Source: Octopus bimaculoides (lineage: Eukaryota). From it: DNA of 64,000 nt. The DNA lies in NCBI RefSeq assembly GCF_001194135.2, contig NC_069006.1, forward strand, positions 12,293,745 through 12,357,744. The letters are read 5' to 3'. The position numbers were made by a program, and so were the translations under genes. Below are positions 22,717 to 36,771 of this stretch, piece by piece; position 1 is the stretch's first letter; the number at the start of each line of letters is the position of its first letter. Under the pieces are notes generated by a model. It had not been told where the DNA came from. It did not search any database and saw nothing but the letters and a program-made list of their open reading frames with translations.

Positions 22717-23333
22717 CATGGAAAAATGTGAGCAAGAGAAATAATATTCTTAAGATTATAAACCTAGAAAAGTACAGGACAAATAATTACACTTCGAAAA
22801 GTTCAGAACAAGTTATTACATCTGGTAAAGTACAGAACAAGAAAATGTTTACTTAAAATATTGCAGCTAAGGATAAAATTGGAATATCAAAAATCATTTG
22901 ATTTTAATTTACAAAGTAACATTATAATTAAAAAAGGTACCATCATTTTGGTAAAATATTGACACACTAGAATACTTAAAAAATGAAAGCCAGAAGTACC
23001 AATATAGCTAAAGTTTTATGCAAAGTAGAATAGTATATATGGTAGACAAATTCATTATGTAAAAAATAGGCATTGTGTCAAGACTAAAAATGTGGAGGCA
23101 TGGCAATAATATTTTGTGTTATTTTTAATAGAAGTAACAGGTAATAACAAATGGAAGTAATAACTTGTAATAAAATTTTTAGTTTTAATAAAAGCTAATA
23201 GTTTCTAAATCTAAATATTTTATTTGAAATTTTATCCTAAGCTGTAATATTTTAAGTAAAAATTTTCTTGTTCTGTAATTTACCAGGTTTATAATCTGAA
23301 GAATATTATTTCTCTCACTCACATTTTTCCATG
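22717..23333. mobile_element. ~617-bp foldback MITE with TA flanks
   Basis: TA|CATGGAAAAATGTGAG...CTCACATTTTTCCATG|TA, with inverted arms longer than 100 bp (22717-22880 vs 23228-23333). Confidence 0.8.
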
Positions 23334-24248
23334 TAATTACTATTCTATTTATGAAAATGAGAACTTTTTTTCACCAATTCAGTTCTTGTAAAATGAACTG
23401 TAAAAATAAAGAAAATATCAGCTAAGATTTCTATGTCAGTATCACTATGTTAATGTTTATTGCAATATGTTATAGAATTTCTTATGTAATAAATGTGAAA
23501 CTCATTGAAATTAGATTATTGTGAATGATGCAGTCTCTTTGGATGTCATTATTATTATTGATAATAATTCTCAAATAACGTACGCTCTGCTCTGTCAGTA
23601 ATTCTAGTCATAAGTATAGAGTTGATCATTATCTTATGAGTGAAATTTGGTAAATGGAAACTGTATAGAAGCCTATCATAAACATACTAACATATATGTG
23701 AAGCTGTGTGTTATCTGTTTGTCAAACCACAGAAATAGATAAGATCATCATCCATTTACATCTGTTTCCATTAGTTGGGTCATTTCTTATTGGGAGCCAC
23801 TGTTCTCCCATAGACCAGTGCTTATATATGTCATTTGGCTAGGTTTCTATGACTGTAAAGTGGCTGGTGATAGGAAGGCATTCAGAGTGTACTGGATGCA
23901 TTTTCTCATGGCATCACTACTAAAGAGGATAAATAGTCCTTGTGAAGAGAAGACTAAAGCTATCTCACAACCTTAAGCATTCTCTTTGCATATGCCATTC
24001 ACTTTACTGGAGTATACTGGGTGCATTTTTGTAGTACCAATATTAGGGAAGTAGCTTTGCTCACCATTTACCTATAAAGGGGGAATGGAGGGATTCATTG
24101 TAGCACCAGCACAGAAGGTGAGGTACTAGAAGGGGGAATAGGAGATATCAACCTGGAGAGAAGAGAGAATGAGGACAGTAATAGATATTTGGACATAATT
24201 GTTGTTTAGATTAAAAATTACATAATGAGAAATGATGAATATTTTACT

Positions 24249-26800
24249 TCATCATCATCATCATTTAATGTCCGTTGCCCACACTGGCATGGATTGGACA
24301 GTTTGACAAGGGCTGTCAAGCTGGAAGGCTACACCAGTCTGATTTGGTATGGTTTCTACAGCTGGATGCCCTTCCTAACACCAACCACTCAGAGTGTAAT
24401 GGGTGCTTTTACATGCCACTGGCACAAGTGCATGACACCAGTATCTGCAACAACTGCAAATTGCAGCTGACAATTATACTTCTTCTCAAGCACGGCATAA
24501 TGCCAAAGGTCTTGATCATTCATCATTGCCTCCATGAGACCCAACACTCAAAAGGTGCTTTTTACATGCCACCAGCATCAGCCACCTTGCCTCCATGAGG
24601 CCCAACACTCAAAAGGTGCTTTTTATGTGCCACCAGCATGGGTGCCAGTTACATGACACCAGCATCAGCCATGACTACAATTTCACTTGGCTTGACAGGT
24701 CTTCTCAAGCACAGCATATCACCAAAGGTCCCAGTCACTAATCACTGCCTCTGTGAGGCCCAAAGTTCGAAGATCATGCTTGTCCCACGTCTTCTTGGGT
24801 CTACCTTTACCACAAGTTCCCTCTACAGTTAGAGATCAGCACTTCTTTACACAGTTGTCCTCATCCATACACACCACATGACCATACCAGCTCAGTCGGT
24901 TCTCTTGCACATCACATCTGATTCTTTTTATGCCCAACTTTTCTCTCAAGATGCTTACACTCTGTTGTACATGCACATCGACATTGAACATCAGCGAAGC
25001 ATATTGGCTTCATTTCTTTCAAGCCTATGCATGTCCTCAGCTGTCACAGCCCATATTTCATTGCCATGTAACATAGCTGTTCGCATCATACAATCTGCTT
25101 TTCACTGAGGGAGAGGTCCTTTGTTACCAGCAGAGGTAGTAGCTCTCTGAACTTTGCCCAGCCTATTCTTATTCTCACAGCTACACTCTCAGAGCATCCA
25201 CTTCTGCTACTAACTTGGTCACCTAGATAACGGTAGCTATCTACTACCTCTAGCTTACCCCCTGGCAATTGATGAAGTCTATTTTCAGTGTTTATTGTAC
25301 GTGTGCATCTTCCACACAAAAATTATTTTCCTTGTTAACCTTCCTCTAATATTGCTGCACCTCTTATGTGTCCATAGGTCACACTGGGTGCATCTTATGG
25401 TGTTTCTACCTAGGCCTTTTTATACAGGTCGATCAGGGCCATCTATGTGAAAGGGTTTGTAATTTGTCTACCTTCCTACTTAATAATACTTTGGTTTTTG
25501 CTAAATTGACTCTAAAGCCCTTTGACTCTAGACCTTGCTTCCACACCTGAAACTTCTCTAGTTTTAGTAATGATTCAGCTATAAGAACAAGGTCATCAGC
25601 ATAGAGGAGCACCCAAGGGTAGCCTGTCTTAAATTCCTCTGTTATTGCCTGTAGGACTCTGATGAACAAGAGGGAGCTGAGGACTGATCCTTGGTGAACC
25701 CCTACTTGTACCCTGAATTCTTTGCTGTACTTGTTGCCAACCCTCACCTGTACATGGCTTGTACAGCTCTCACCAACCACTTGTCTATCCCTAGTTTCTG
25801 CACTGACCACCAGAGAAGGGATCAGGGGATCCTGTCAAAGGCTTTCTCCAAATCAACAAAAGCCAAGTACAGAGATTTATCTTTCACTATGTATTTCTCT
25901 TGAAGCTGCATTACCAGAAATATAACATCAGTGGCGTTTCTCCCTCATTTGGGTCAACATTTGGCAAATTCTCCTCTTCCCATTCATTCTCCACATTCAG
26001 CAGTCTTTTATAATGGCATTTCCAAGCCTCTTTCTTTGCAAAATCATTAAATGTAAGTGCACCATCATCCAGGTGGACACATTTCTCTCCAATGACATCA
26101 CAATTTTCTTTCACACACTGTCTTGCAATCCAAAACACTTCAAGTCTTTGGTCCTCATGTTGCTGAACACAGGCAAACTTCTTTTCTTCTTCCTCCTGGA
26201 TAGATATACATGTCTCCTAGCTTCCCTTCTGGCTATCTCATACAGTTCCCTGCAACCCCCACTCTTCCAGGCCTGTTTCTTTGCTCTAATGGCCTTGTCT
26301 ACAGCATCGTTCCACCACCACATCACCCTAGGTGAGACTAGGTGGGACTTTGCATCAGCCACAGATTTGGTCTGTGGCACTCAGTAAGCTGTCCCACAGG
26401 AATTTCTAGTTGCCCTTTATGTTACAAGTCTGAAGTTCTTTCTCCCTCTCATCAAATTTCTCAATTGGGATGTCCCGAAATCTCTGATCACATGAATGGT
26501 TCTTAAGCTTCCAAATCCTTTTTCAGATTGGTCTGCTTCTTGGCATCCTTCTGGCCTGGAGTCTAAAGTCACTAATGACTAGTCTATGCTGGGGTGGTGG
26601 GGGGGTACATTCTTCACCAGGGAAAGTCTTTGTATTTAGGAGCAGCCATGCATCCCGCTGTCTGGTGAAAATGTACTCAATCTTGCTAGCATAGTCATCT
26701 GATTGATAGTTATCAGGAGGCTGGCTGGCTTCCTGAAGTTGGTGTTGCAGATCAATGGGTTATTTGCATCACAGAACTCCAGTAGCTTTGTCCCCTCTTT
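24249..26800 (-). mobile_element. RTE-clade LINE, 5'-truncated and decayed
   Basis: APE C-terminus (KLLEFCDANN.LICNTNFRK), RT motifs VGVHQGSVLS.LLF and LLYADDLVLIAES, VVDSYRYLGD, and a 3' UTR with tandem ggtgcttttacatgccacc units ending in (ATG)n. Confidence 0.92.
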
Positions 26801-27689
26801 GACTCAATAAAATGGTTATCGTTTTAGCCCTGGTTTAAATCAGCCCCAGTAAGCCTATGATCAACTGTTTTCCATCTATGACCAACATATTTTAAGAATA
26901 TGCCTAGGACTGATATTATCCAATATGATTTGTGGGAGATTTGATTGGTATTTCTAGCAGCTGAGAGGCCATGGAGACATGGTTGACTATTCTGAATTAA
27001 TTATCAAAGATGGTGGAGGAGATGATGACAAGGGATGTGGTTAGAACCCAATTAATAGACAGAAATAACTAAAAGTTCAAAGGATATGATTTGGGGAATG
27101 GTGAAAAGCCAACAAGAAGCAGTAGGGGTGGGGTTCTGTGTGGAAACTATTGGGGAAAATGGTGGATACTGTAAGAAGGTAAGAGAGACTGAAGTGACAG
27201 GAAGTTGATCACAAATGTCTTCTTTTTTTTCTTTTTTAAATCAATGCAAAATCGCGGGGTGGAGATTAGCAGAAAACATCTCAAATGTTTATTAAACATA
27301 AATTTACTTCAGTGGTGGTGGTGGTGGTGGTTGGGGGAAAGAGGAATGGAAAAAATTGTGAATTTATAGCAGAATCTTCAGTATCAAGAAATGTTTGTTA
27401 AATGAAGGGAAAATAAAGTAAATAAAATTGACATTACAAAACGTAATTTTATAAATATATTATTAATTATATACTTTATTTTGTTCTTTTTTTTTTATTG
27501 TTATCAGTTCTGAAATATGTGCATTATAACATGATGAAGTGAGCTTGGGTGGTGGGGGTATCATCAAGTTATAATATTCAGTCAGTTTAAGAAATGACAA
27601 TACTTTATCAAAAAACACTCCAATACCTTTTAACTTGATCTCTTTGGCTTTCAATTAGCTACTTTATGAAATAATGAGATATGAGCAAA

Positions 27690-28115
27690 TATGACTGTGC
27701 GGTAGAGAAATTTACTGCTCAACCACATGGTCTTGTGTTCAAACCCACTGCATGTTACCTTGGATGAGTGTCTTCTACCAAAGCCTTGGGCCAACTAATG
27801 CTTATGAGTGGATTTGGTAGATAGAAACTGAAAGAAGCCTGACATATATGTATATGTGTGTGTGTGAGTTACTGCTTCTGATATTGCGTGTGTATCTATA
27901 TCCTTATCTTGACATCATGTGATAGTTGTAAATCTGTGTCTCTATCATGCAGTTTCATTCATTTCCGGCTATGGAGAAATATTAGTGTGTTTGGAAACAA
28001 GTGAGGATTGGTGACAGAAAGGATATCTGGTCATAGATAATCTGCTTCAATAAATTTCATCTGACTTATGCTAACATGTAAAAGTGGACATTAAAATGAT
28101 GATGATGATGATGAT
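27690..28115 (+). mobile_element. SINE family B copy
   Basis: Same head, GT/AT spacer and RTE-like tail ending in (ATG)n. Confidence 0.72.
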
Positions 28116-28287
28116 ACTGTATCAAAAATACTGATCATTAACTTTTAACATCATCTCTTCATTTTCTCATTTAATTTTCATAAACTAGATAGATGATAAC
28201 TATATCAAATAAATGAAAAAGACATTTGATTTTTGATAAAATTCATAATTTAACTGAAAGTCATGTGATGTATAAAGGTAGTGTTGA

Positions 28288-28496
28288 TACTCTTTACTCT
28301 TTTACTGCGGCCATGCTGGAGCACTGCCTTTAGTCGAGCTAATCAACCCCAGGACTTATTCTTTGGAAGCCTAGTACTTATTCTATCGGTCTCTTTTGCC
28401 GAACTGCTAAGTTACGGGGACGTAAACACACCAGTATCGGTTGTCAAGCGATGTTGGGGGGGACAAACACAGACACAAACATATACACACACAGAC

Positions 28497-28527
<31 letters not shown>

Positions 28528-28670
28528 TACAACGGGCTTCTTTCACTTTCCATCTACCAAATCCATTCACAAGGCTTTGGTTGGCCCGAGGCTATAGTAG
28601 AAGACACTAGCCCAAGGTGCCATGCAGTGGGAATGAACCTGGAACCATGTGGTTGGTAAGCAAGCTACTT
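28288..28670 (-). mobile_element. tRNA-derived SINE family A, well-preserved copy
   Basis: Reverse complement of the 4190-4546 family. Retains a B-box-like GGTTCATTCC and many CpGs, consistent with a young insertion. Confidence 0.85.
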
Positions 28671-30904
28671 CAGACAAATATCTTAATTTCATTTGTGTAT
28701 TTGGTTTGCAATATTCTTGATGTGAATTGTTGAGCTGAAATACATTTTGTTGAATTTTGGGAGGGTCATTATGCCAATAATAAACATACAAACACACACT
28801 GGTTCTATTTCGATCCTTTTATTATTTATTTGTCAATTGGTTAAGTATTTAATCAATTAACTAATAAACTGTTTGATTAATTGTTTAGTTAATCAATGAA
28901 TCAGTCAAGTTTATCAGAGTCCTTTGAACAGGAATAAAGAAGGCATGTCATTCATAAGGTTGCAAACGGTAAAAAGAGGACTTTGGAAACCTAACTGATT
29001 AACAGAATGATTTATCAAACAACCAATAAAGATGTGAAATAGAACCAGTGTGTGTGTATGCATGTTTATTATTGGCATAATGACAACCGCCTTGAGATAA
29101 AAAAATCATTTAATTTTTCAGATTCCATTATTATTGACTTCTTTTAACATAGTCACAAGTAGGATGATTTACAGGGAGAGGTTAATTAAATGTACTCCAG
29201 TTGTTGACTGGTGCTATATTTTATTAAGCTCTAAAGGATCAAAGAAAGTCAACCTCCAAATACAGAATCTGAACTGAGACCTTTATGTCGTAAGTTAATT
29301 GCTATTTCATCTTTAGGGTGAATGATGGGGTGGGGGTGATACAGATACCAAGTCTCTAATTTCATGAGACTCATTTTCTCCTTCCTCCACAAAGAAATGA
29401 CATTTAAAAGTAACCAGAGTAAAAAGAATATTGGTTTCTAACATTACTAGAAATTGTAAGGACTTCACCATAGATAAGGAAAAAAATTACACATATTTAT
29501 TATATATGTGAACTCATTTGTATCCTTTTCCTATTCCTTGGTTTCAAATTTCTAATTATGCCTAATGATGTGAGGAGATAATTATTTCCCTTTGTATAAA
29601 TGGCCATCCAGAGGGCACTACATGTGAGATAGGAGTTTTTGAGTTTAGTTGAGATCAAAAGAAGATGAGTTTCAGTCACCTTCAAATATGTAGACAAACA
29701 TTTTGGTTTCACCAGAGACAGAAAGAAGGGCAATCATTAATCTTTATAAAACAAATACAGTTATCATTTATTAGTACTGGATTAACAAAATCATTACAAC
29801 ATCAGGCAAAATACTTTGTAGTATCTGTTCTGACAGTTCCAGTTACAGTTACAGTTTCAAATCTCACCAAAGTCAACTTTGCTTTAATATATCAGTATCA
29901 AGTACTGGAAGCAGGGGGAGTCAATGGCACCAACTATTCTCTCCACCTCAAAACTGTTGACCTTGTGCCTAAATTAATTACATTAATGGGAAATAAAATT
30001 AAATATTAAAAGTATTATTGATAAATAAAAAGAAAATCTATCGAAAATAAGAAATATAATAATAATTATTATTATCATAAATTAATAATAATAACAATAA
30101 TAATAATTATTATTATTATAAATTAATAATAATAACAATGATAATGTTAATAATAATTATGATTAACAAATGGAAAGTTAACTGACAAGCTGAACAAAAC
30201 AACAAATTCATTAGAGCTAACGAAGAGGCAAAAACATATCAAAGCCAATGTAATCACCAGGGATTTTGAGGGAAAACATTTAGCTAGAAATAATAAGGAG
30301 AGGAGGAAGAATACAAGGCAAGCATTCAGTTAGTTTGAAGGAGATACTTACAGTTTGATAGATACAGACAATTAAAAATGAAACCAAACAGGGTAAGGTA
30401 TATATATTCACAGTCAGATCATATCTTGCCATTTTTTTATACAAGGAGTACACAATGGATAATATTGGCCTAAGTCACATCTACAATGTGTCTCATCACT
30501 ATATTTCTGCTCAATCAGGGCTGACCTGAGGCTAAATAACTGTTGAATTAATATTGTCAGTTGGTTTGTTGGTAGAAAACTAGCGAACTATTTGACAATA
30601 ATACATGTACCTCAAGTAAATGTACTGTCTAGAAATAATACTTCAAACAAACAGTACTCTAACAGCAATGCTTCCTCTAAGTTTCTGCTGAGAGTGTCTA
30701 CAGAAATTTGTTAGCAAATTTTGTTTTTCCTTGCAAAGTATGAGTGCATATCCATGCAAGTAACCATTGCCCAAATTTCTTCAATCAAAATGATTTCATT
30801 TTGCCTTAAGAATGTTGTGTGCACACATTTTATAACTAGTTTATAAATTAGAGAAAACACTGCTCACCAAGAGTAGCTCCATATATATGGTGTTCCTAAC
30901 AGAT

Positions 30905-31047
30905 GGTCTCTCCAATAAACAGTACCCCAAACAAACAGTACTCTCAATAAATAGTACCCCCAGCAAATTAAACCCCCAATAAATAATAGTCCAAACGAAC
31001 AGTACCCTTAATAAACAGCACCTCAATAAACAGTACCTCAAACAAAT
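30905..31047. repeat. Degenerate minisatellite, unit of ~18-20 bp (aataaacagtaccYc...)
   Basis: About 7 visible units such as caataaacagtacccc, aaacaaacagtactct and caataaacagtacctc. Confidence 0.75.
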
Positions 31048-31479
31048 GGTTCAACTGTCTTCCGGCTCTTTCACTACATTATGATATATATGTGAGTGTA
31101 TACACACACATATTTATTTATACACGTGTATATATTTAATGGTTTCAGGCCTCAACTCATTGTTACGTTAGAATATAAAAATATAATCAGTCATCAAAGA
31201 CCAAAATATTTCGCATATTTTTGAACAAAGGTAAATATTTATATAATCAATAGCTTAGTAGTCATGTTTATTGTGCTTCCCCGCTGTGACAATTGTCATC
31301 AACAATTCCAGACCACCAAATCAGATGGTTTGGAAAATCAAACAAATCTGTAGTTTACAGGATAGGAGTGGGTGTTGCCAACAGATTGATGAATGGAAAA
31401 TGTGTGTCTGCAGTTGGTCTCAAGGGTTTTGCTCTAAATTATTGTTTCTATCTTTGAATTATTATTTACAATGGTGATT

Positions 31480-31750
31480 GAGACAACAGTGATTACTATG
31501 ATTAATGATTACTATGATAATGGTGGTAATGATTGAGATGATGATGATGATTGCTATGATTACAGTGATAACATGACATTCATGATAATGATTATTGTTA
31601 TGATGGTAATTAAGATGACAATAACAATGGTAATGGACAATGACAATCATTGTTATAATGATGGTGATTGTTATGATGGTAATGGAGCTGACAACAATGG
31701 TGAAGACCAAAATGAAAATGATAATAATGGAGCTGGTGACATTGATGATT
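31480..31750. repeat. Degenerate (ATG/ATA)n trinucleotide tract
   Basis: Low-complexity gat/aat/ggt repeats that produce spurious I/H- and D/N-rich ORFs. Confidence 0.85.
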
Positions 31751-32081
31751 GTGAGTTCAGAAGGTAGAGAATGTAATAGAACCTTGCCATTTGAAAACTA
31801 GAATCCAGTTATGGGCCAGTGGTGCCATAGCTATGGCAGATTAAACTGCTGAGTAAATATGGCAAGAAAATGGTTACAATTTGAATGCCAGACATTTTGT
31901 ACTGTAACCAACATGGCTTGTATAAATCATTGGTGAGTGTATATATTGATAGCTAATATGGGATTGGTAGAAATATGTAGTATGAGAGTTGCAAACACTA
32001 ATGCTTTTTTTTATGGATTCTGATATAAAGAATTATGGAAGTTCTTGTCTGTTTTCTGTAAAAGTCAATGTGCAGCTTTAT

Positions 32082-32169
<88 letters not shown>

Positions 32170-32949
32170 AGTTTGTAAAGTGTAGTTAATTGTTTGAGTC
32201 TTGAAACATTTTGAGACAGCCTCTCATTAAAATTTATACTATATATACACCCACCCATTCATATATGTATCAATAAGGCTTGTGCAGGGAAATGGTTTAT
32301 ATATATGTGTGTGTATAGAGAGAGGGATAACAACAAAGGTGTATGTTGCAGTCATAATGATACCTCATTACATAATCTTGTTTCCTCTTTACAGCTTCGA
32401 TATCCTTCAGAGAGGCATGAATGTCTCACATTCTTACCTGCATTCTAATTACCCACTGCGTAAATAAATGTTGAAGAACTATTTGATGTCGGAGCACCAG
32501 AATAATGTAGGTTTTATATATATATATATATACACACACACATTGCATTTCAAATTAACGACATAACACTTTTTTATTTTATTTAAAAAGCACTCGTTGA
32601 AATTCAACAAAATTTTAACAGAATGATGGCTACAGTTTTATGTGCATGGAGTATAGAATAACATGAGGTTCTGAAAAACAACACAGAAACTATGGCCATT
32701 TACCCAATTTACATAAACTTTCACTGTTTCAAATTATTAGTGAGGTGTGATTAAAACTCATGTACACAAGAAAATACCAATTTAATTGTTTGGTGTACAT
32801 ACTGAAATGAATACATACAGTCATAAACATGGAAGAAATAGAAATAAACAAGCAAGAATGATAGGTGAGCTAGTTAGTAAGGGATATATGAGTCTTTGTT
32901 TGAAATTGGTTGGGAAAGGCACTGGTCCATGGAACATGCTAATTTTTGG

Positions 32950-34230
32950 ATTTCCTCAGATGTTATGCCATGAAATACATCCACTATTGCCTGCGACAGT
33001 TCATCCTTGCTCCTAAACTAGTGTCCATTCTTGTAAACTCACCACTTTAGAATACTCCACAAGTTTTCTATTGGGTCAGGGGAACAGGCAGGCCACTTCA
33101 TCTTCCTGGGTGTGAGGACGCATTATCTTGCATGAATTGTCTTGAAGGCGATCATTTACTTTTTTAACCAAGGTCGAAGGTGCTCCCTCAGAAAGGTTAT
33201 GTATGCATCTGCAGTCATTTTAACACTGTCAGGCACTTTCCAAGGACCAAACATAATACCTCCAATAATATCTGCCCAAATCATGATGCCTCCTCCCCCT
33301 TGTTGGCATCTCAAGCATTGATGATGATCTCGTCCATTTACAACCTATCCCTTGCTCCAACCATCAGGTCCATCAAGGGTAACACAAGTTTCATTCGTTA
33401 GCAAAACTTTTGAAAAGTTGATCTACATGTTATCTACTGCCCATTTCAGATGATTTTGTATGTGTATTTTGTTTAAAAGAGGCCTTTTAACTGATGTCAC
33501 TGGTTTACAAACCATTTTCAGAAGACAACATCAAGCAGTTCTGGACACACTTGTTTCACCAATGTGCTTGAAAAGTTTTCTATTTGTAAGATCTGAGTTC
33601 TTTGCTGCTTCACATTTATTTAATTCACAAGAGAGAACTTTGAGAAACAGCCCTCAACTGACCCTTGTCTGCTCTTTTAGGTATCTTCATAGGAGCTGAT
33701 ATCTTCCAATTATTTTAGATATTTCTGATAGTGGTTTACCTTTTGCAAGTTCAGAAGTAATAACAGATTTCCCTGAAGCTGTTAAGTCACATTTACAACC
33801 CATAATTACACAATCATCAGACTACTAGTTAATAATTTGGAACACTGAAAGTTCATGGAAATCATGCAAATAGTCATGGTTTGTTTACACTTGCGCAAAA
33901 CCTCACAATTTTTACACACAATGCGCATATAACTGTTGCCATCATTCTGTGGGAATTTCATTGAATTCCGAGTAGTTTTTAAATAAAATTTTTAAAATGT
34001 TACATCATTAATGATTTAAAACACAGTGGATATATATGTAGGTACAACATTGATTTTCTGGAACCTTTGTTTCCAAAGCCTTTTCTGATTACTGATTTTT
34101 CTGAATCGGTTGGTCACTACTAAATTAAGCAAATATTTAATTTACTTAATTAAATGAAATACAGGTACCTGTACATTAGTGTAAATGGTACAAGTTTATA
34201 AATACTATACTGTGAAACAGGGACACCCTG
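32950..34230 (-). mobile_element. Tc1 (DD34E) transposon relic
   Basis: Terminal GACACCCTG|TA at ~34222-34232. ATG at 33803 (MGCKCDLTASGKSVITSELAKG). Catalytic remnants FMQDNASSH and WPACSPD-PIENLWSILK with frameshifts. Confidence 0.85.
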
Positions 34231-36771
34231 TAAACCACTCTGATAGCTGCAAGAATTTGAAATTCCTGCCCTTAAATTAGTGCAGTTTATAAGATTCCAG
34301 ATTATCATTATCCAGAAAGTCAGTGTTGTCTCTGTATATATAAACCTTTCACTTTTTTAACCCAATATACACATGCTGTATCTATAGCTTTATTTGCTTT
34401 GAGATCCACACATGCACATATGACTGACTAAGCAGTTCACTTGTGGTTTTTGGTTCAGTATTTTCTATTATAGTCCCAGGCCAGCCAAAGCCTTTTGAGT
34501 TAATTTGGTTGGTGGAAACTGAAAAGAAGCTTATCACACACACAAATGTATGTATGAGTGTGTTTCTGCCCATTTGTTGCCATTATACTAATTGTAAAAA
34601 AACATCATACAAGCAGTGTTGTTACCTTACTTGGGAACAGATGGTGGTTGGTGACAGAATGGACATCCAAACATAGAAAAATCTTGTTTTAACAAATTTT
34701 GTTTTAAAATGATGACATAAATCATCAGCATTTAACATCCATGTTCCATACTGGCATGGCTTGAATGGTGTGACAGGATTCAATGGGTCTAAGGAATGCA
34801 TTATGCTCCAGTGTCTGCTTTGACATGGTTTTGGCAATAGGATGTCCTTCCTAATGTCAACCACTTTATAGAATGTACTGAGTGCTTTTCTCATGTAACC
34901 AGCACTAGTGAAATTACAATGCAGCTTGAAAGCCTATGAAACTGAGGGGTGAGGCTTTGTACTACCAGATGAGAGTTAAGACGTGATAGAAATGGATAGG
35001 GCAGAGCTGGTTTTTGTTGGGTAAGCTACATAGCTATTCACATTTAGGAGAGAGTGAGAAATGCATCAGTGGTAGCAGCAAAGAGCTAAATAGTGGTGAT
35101 GAGGTGTTCAGGTGGTACATTATATATATATATATATATATACTCATTCACATACATACATACATATCTGTGTGTATCAATGTATATAAAGTAATAAGGT
35201 TAGCATATAAATACATTTCAGTAAAGTAGGGTACAGATATATAGTGTTGCAATATGTTTATGCGTGAAAATATATAGGAAGTTGATTGTTATGGCCAGTC
35301 AGAGAGTGACCATTGGTTTCACATCTATAAACTACTTAGCAATGTAGGTAGATTGTCAGACACAAATGGCCTTATGCACATAACCTCTCTGACAGGCCAT
35401 GACAATTGACTTTCTAAAAATATACTACTGCTCTAATGTTTTAGAATGTGCTTCGTTTTTGGAGATATGAACTGACGATATACATGTATATGTATGGTGG
35501 CAAGATGTAGACCTCGAATGCTGATGTTTTAAGAACACTGAAATGAAGTGAAATGTAATGTTAGTGTACATGAACAACAAAATAAATGAGATGGGGAAAC
35601 AACTGGAATATAAAAGGAATCAAATGACACAGTGTGCAAAAGACAAGAATGTGCTGATACAGACGTGATATGTATGGCAGACGACAGCTTTTATAAAGAA
35701 GTGCCAAGCACTGAAAATTGACATAAGCTGTGGATGAGGAGGAGGAGGAGGAGGAAGACCAAGGAAGACACAGAAACAAAGTAGTAAAGACTGATTTGAA
35801 GCTAGTGAACTTCACAAAGGAAATGAGAAAGGACTGCAACAAATGGTAACATGCAATGCAGAAGAAGGATGGTTTATCTGTATAAGTATTGAGGGGAAAA
35901 GGATGTTAGTTTTGGAAACTGGGGAGTGGGGCTTAATATATTTATATTTGGGTCTCTTGTGCATTGTGTTCCAGTTAAGTCTCCATTTGTTCCCTAGTTC
36001 TCGCACTCACCCTCACTGTTCTGCTTGTTACTCATTGTACTATACATCACCTGTGTGATAGTTCAGATCAATACATATTCAATACACACTGCCAACATCC
36101 TTCTGTAGTGCCAGCCATCACTTCCTCTCTTCCAAGTCACTTATTAACAGCCATCTCTTTCTTCCTATCCATTTCTCTCTCTCATATACACATGCATCAC
36201 TCTTGCCTTCATCATTCATTTTCCATATATATCTTTCTCTTACACTTCATAACTCCCTTTTCTCAGTCTATTTTCCACACCACTCATTCTGTGTTTCTAT
36301 GCAATCCCCTACCAGCTAATATGTAGCTGCCTTTCCATTACTCACCTTTCCATTACTCCCTTCTATGCTAGCCTTTCATACCTATCACTGTTTACACCAT
36401 TATAACTATTCTTATTTCCCCTTCTCTCCCATTCCCTCATTCGGTCACATCTTCAATAAACAGACAACATGGAGTAGTGAGCAGAGCCAGGGAAAGACAA
36501 CTTTACTGTTGATGCCATGATAAAATGCACCCAGTGTACTCTGCAAAGTTGTTGGTGTATAAGCAAAGACAGTAGAGGGCATTGTATCATATATACATGT
36601 ATATATATATTTGGATGTGTATATGTATGTATAAATATACTAATCTTACTATGCAAGCAAGTATCTTCTACACTAATCCCAGAATAATCAAAGCCTTTTG
36701 AGAGAATTTGGTAGAAGGAAACTGAAAAAAGCTCATCATATGGGTCTGTTTATGCATTTATATATTAATGA

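Larger units (their letters stand above)
21198..23335. repeat. Copy 2 of the duplicated composite element
   Basis: Collinear with 1437-3978. Lacks ~820 bp present in copy 1, covers the region that is an N-gap in copy 1, and ends in a full foldback MITE. Confidence 0.85.

Noticed and set aside
30340-30400. Minus-strand gtaagt donor as a candidate upstream ECE exon
   Set aside because: No supporting exon, ORF or promoter features. Such hexamers are frequent by chance in AT-rich DNA.
31462-31767. Ile/His-rich and Asp/Asn-rich ORFs
   Set aside because: Translations of a degenerate (ATG)n tract, with no splice context or recognisable domain.
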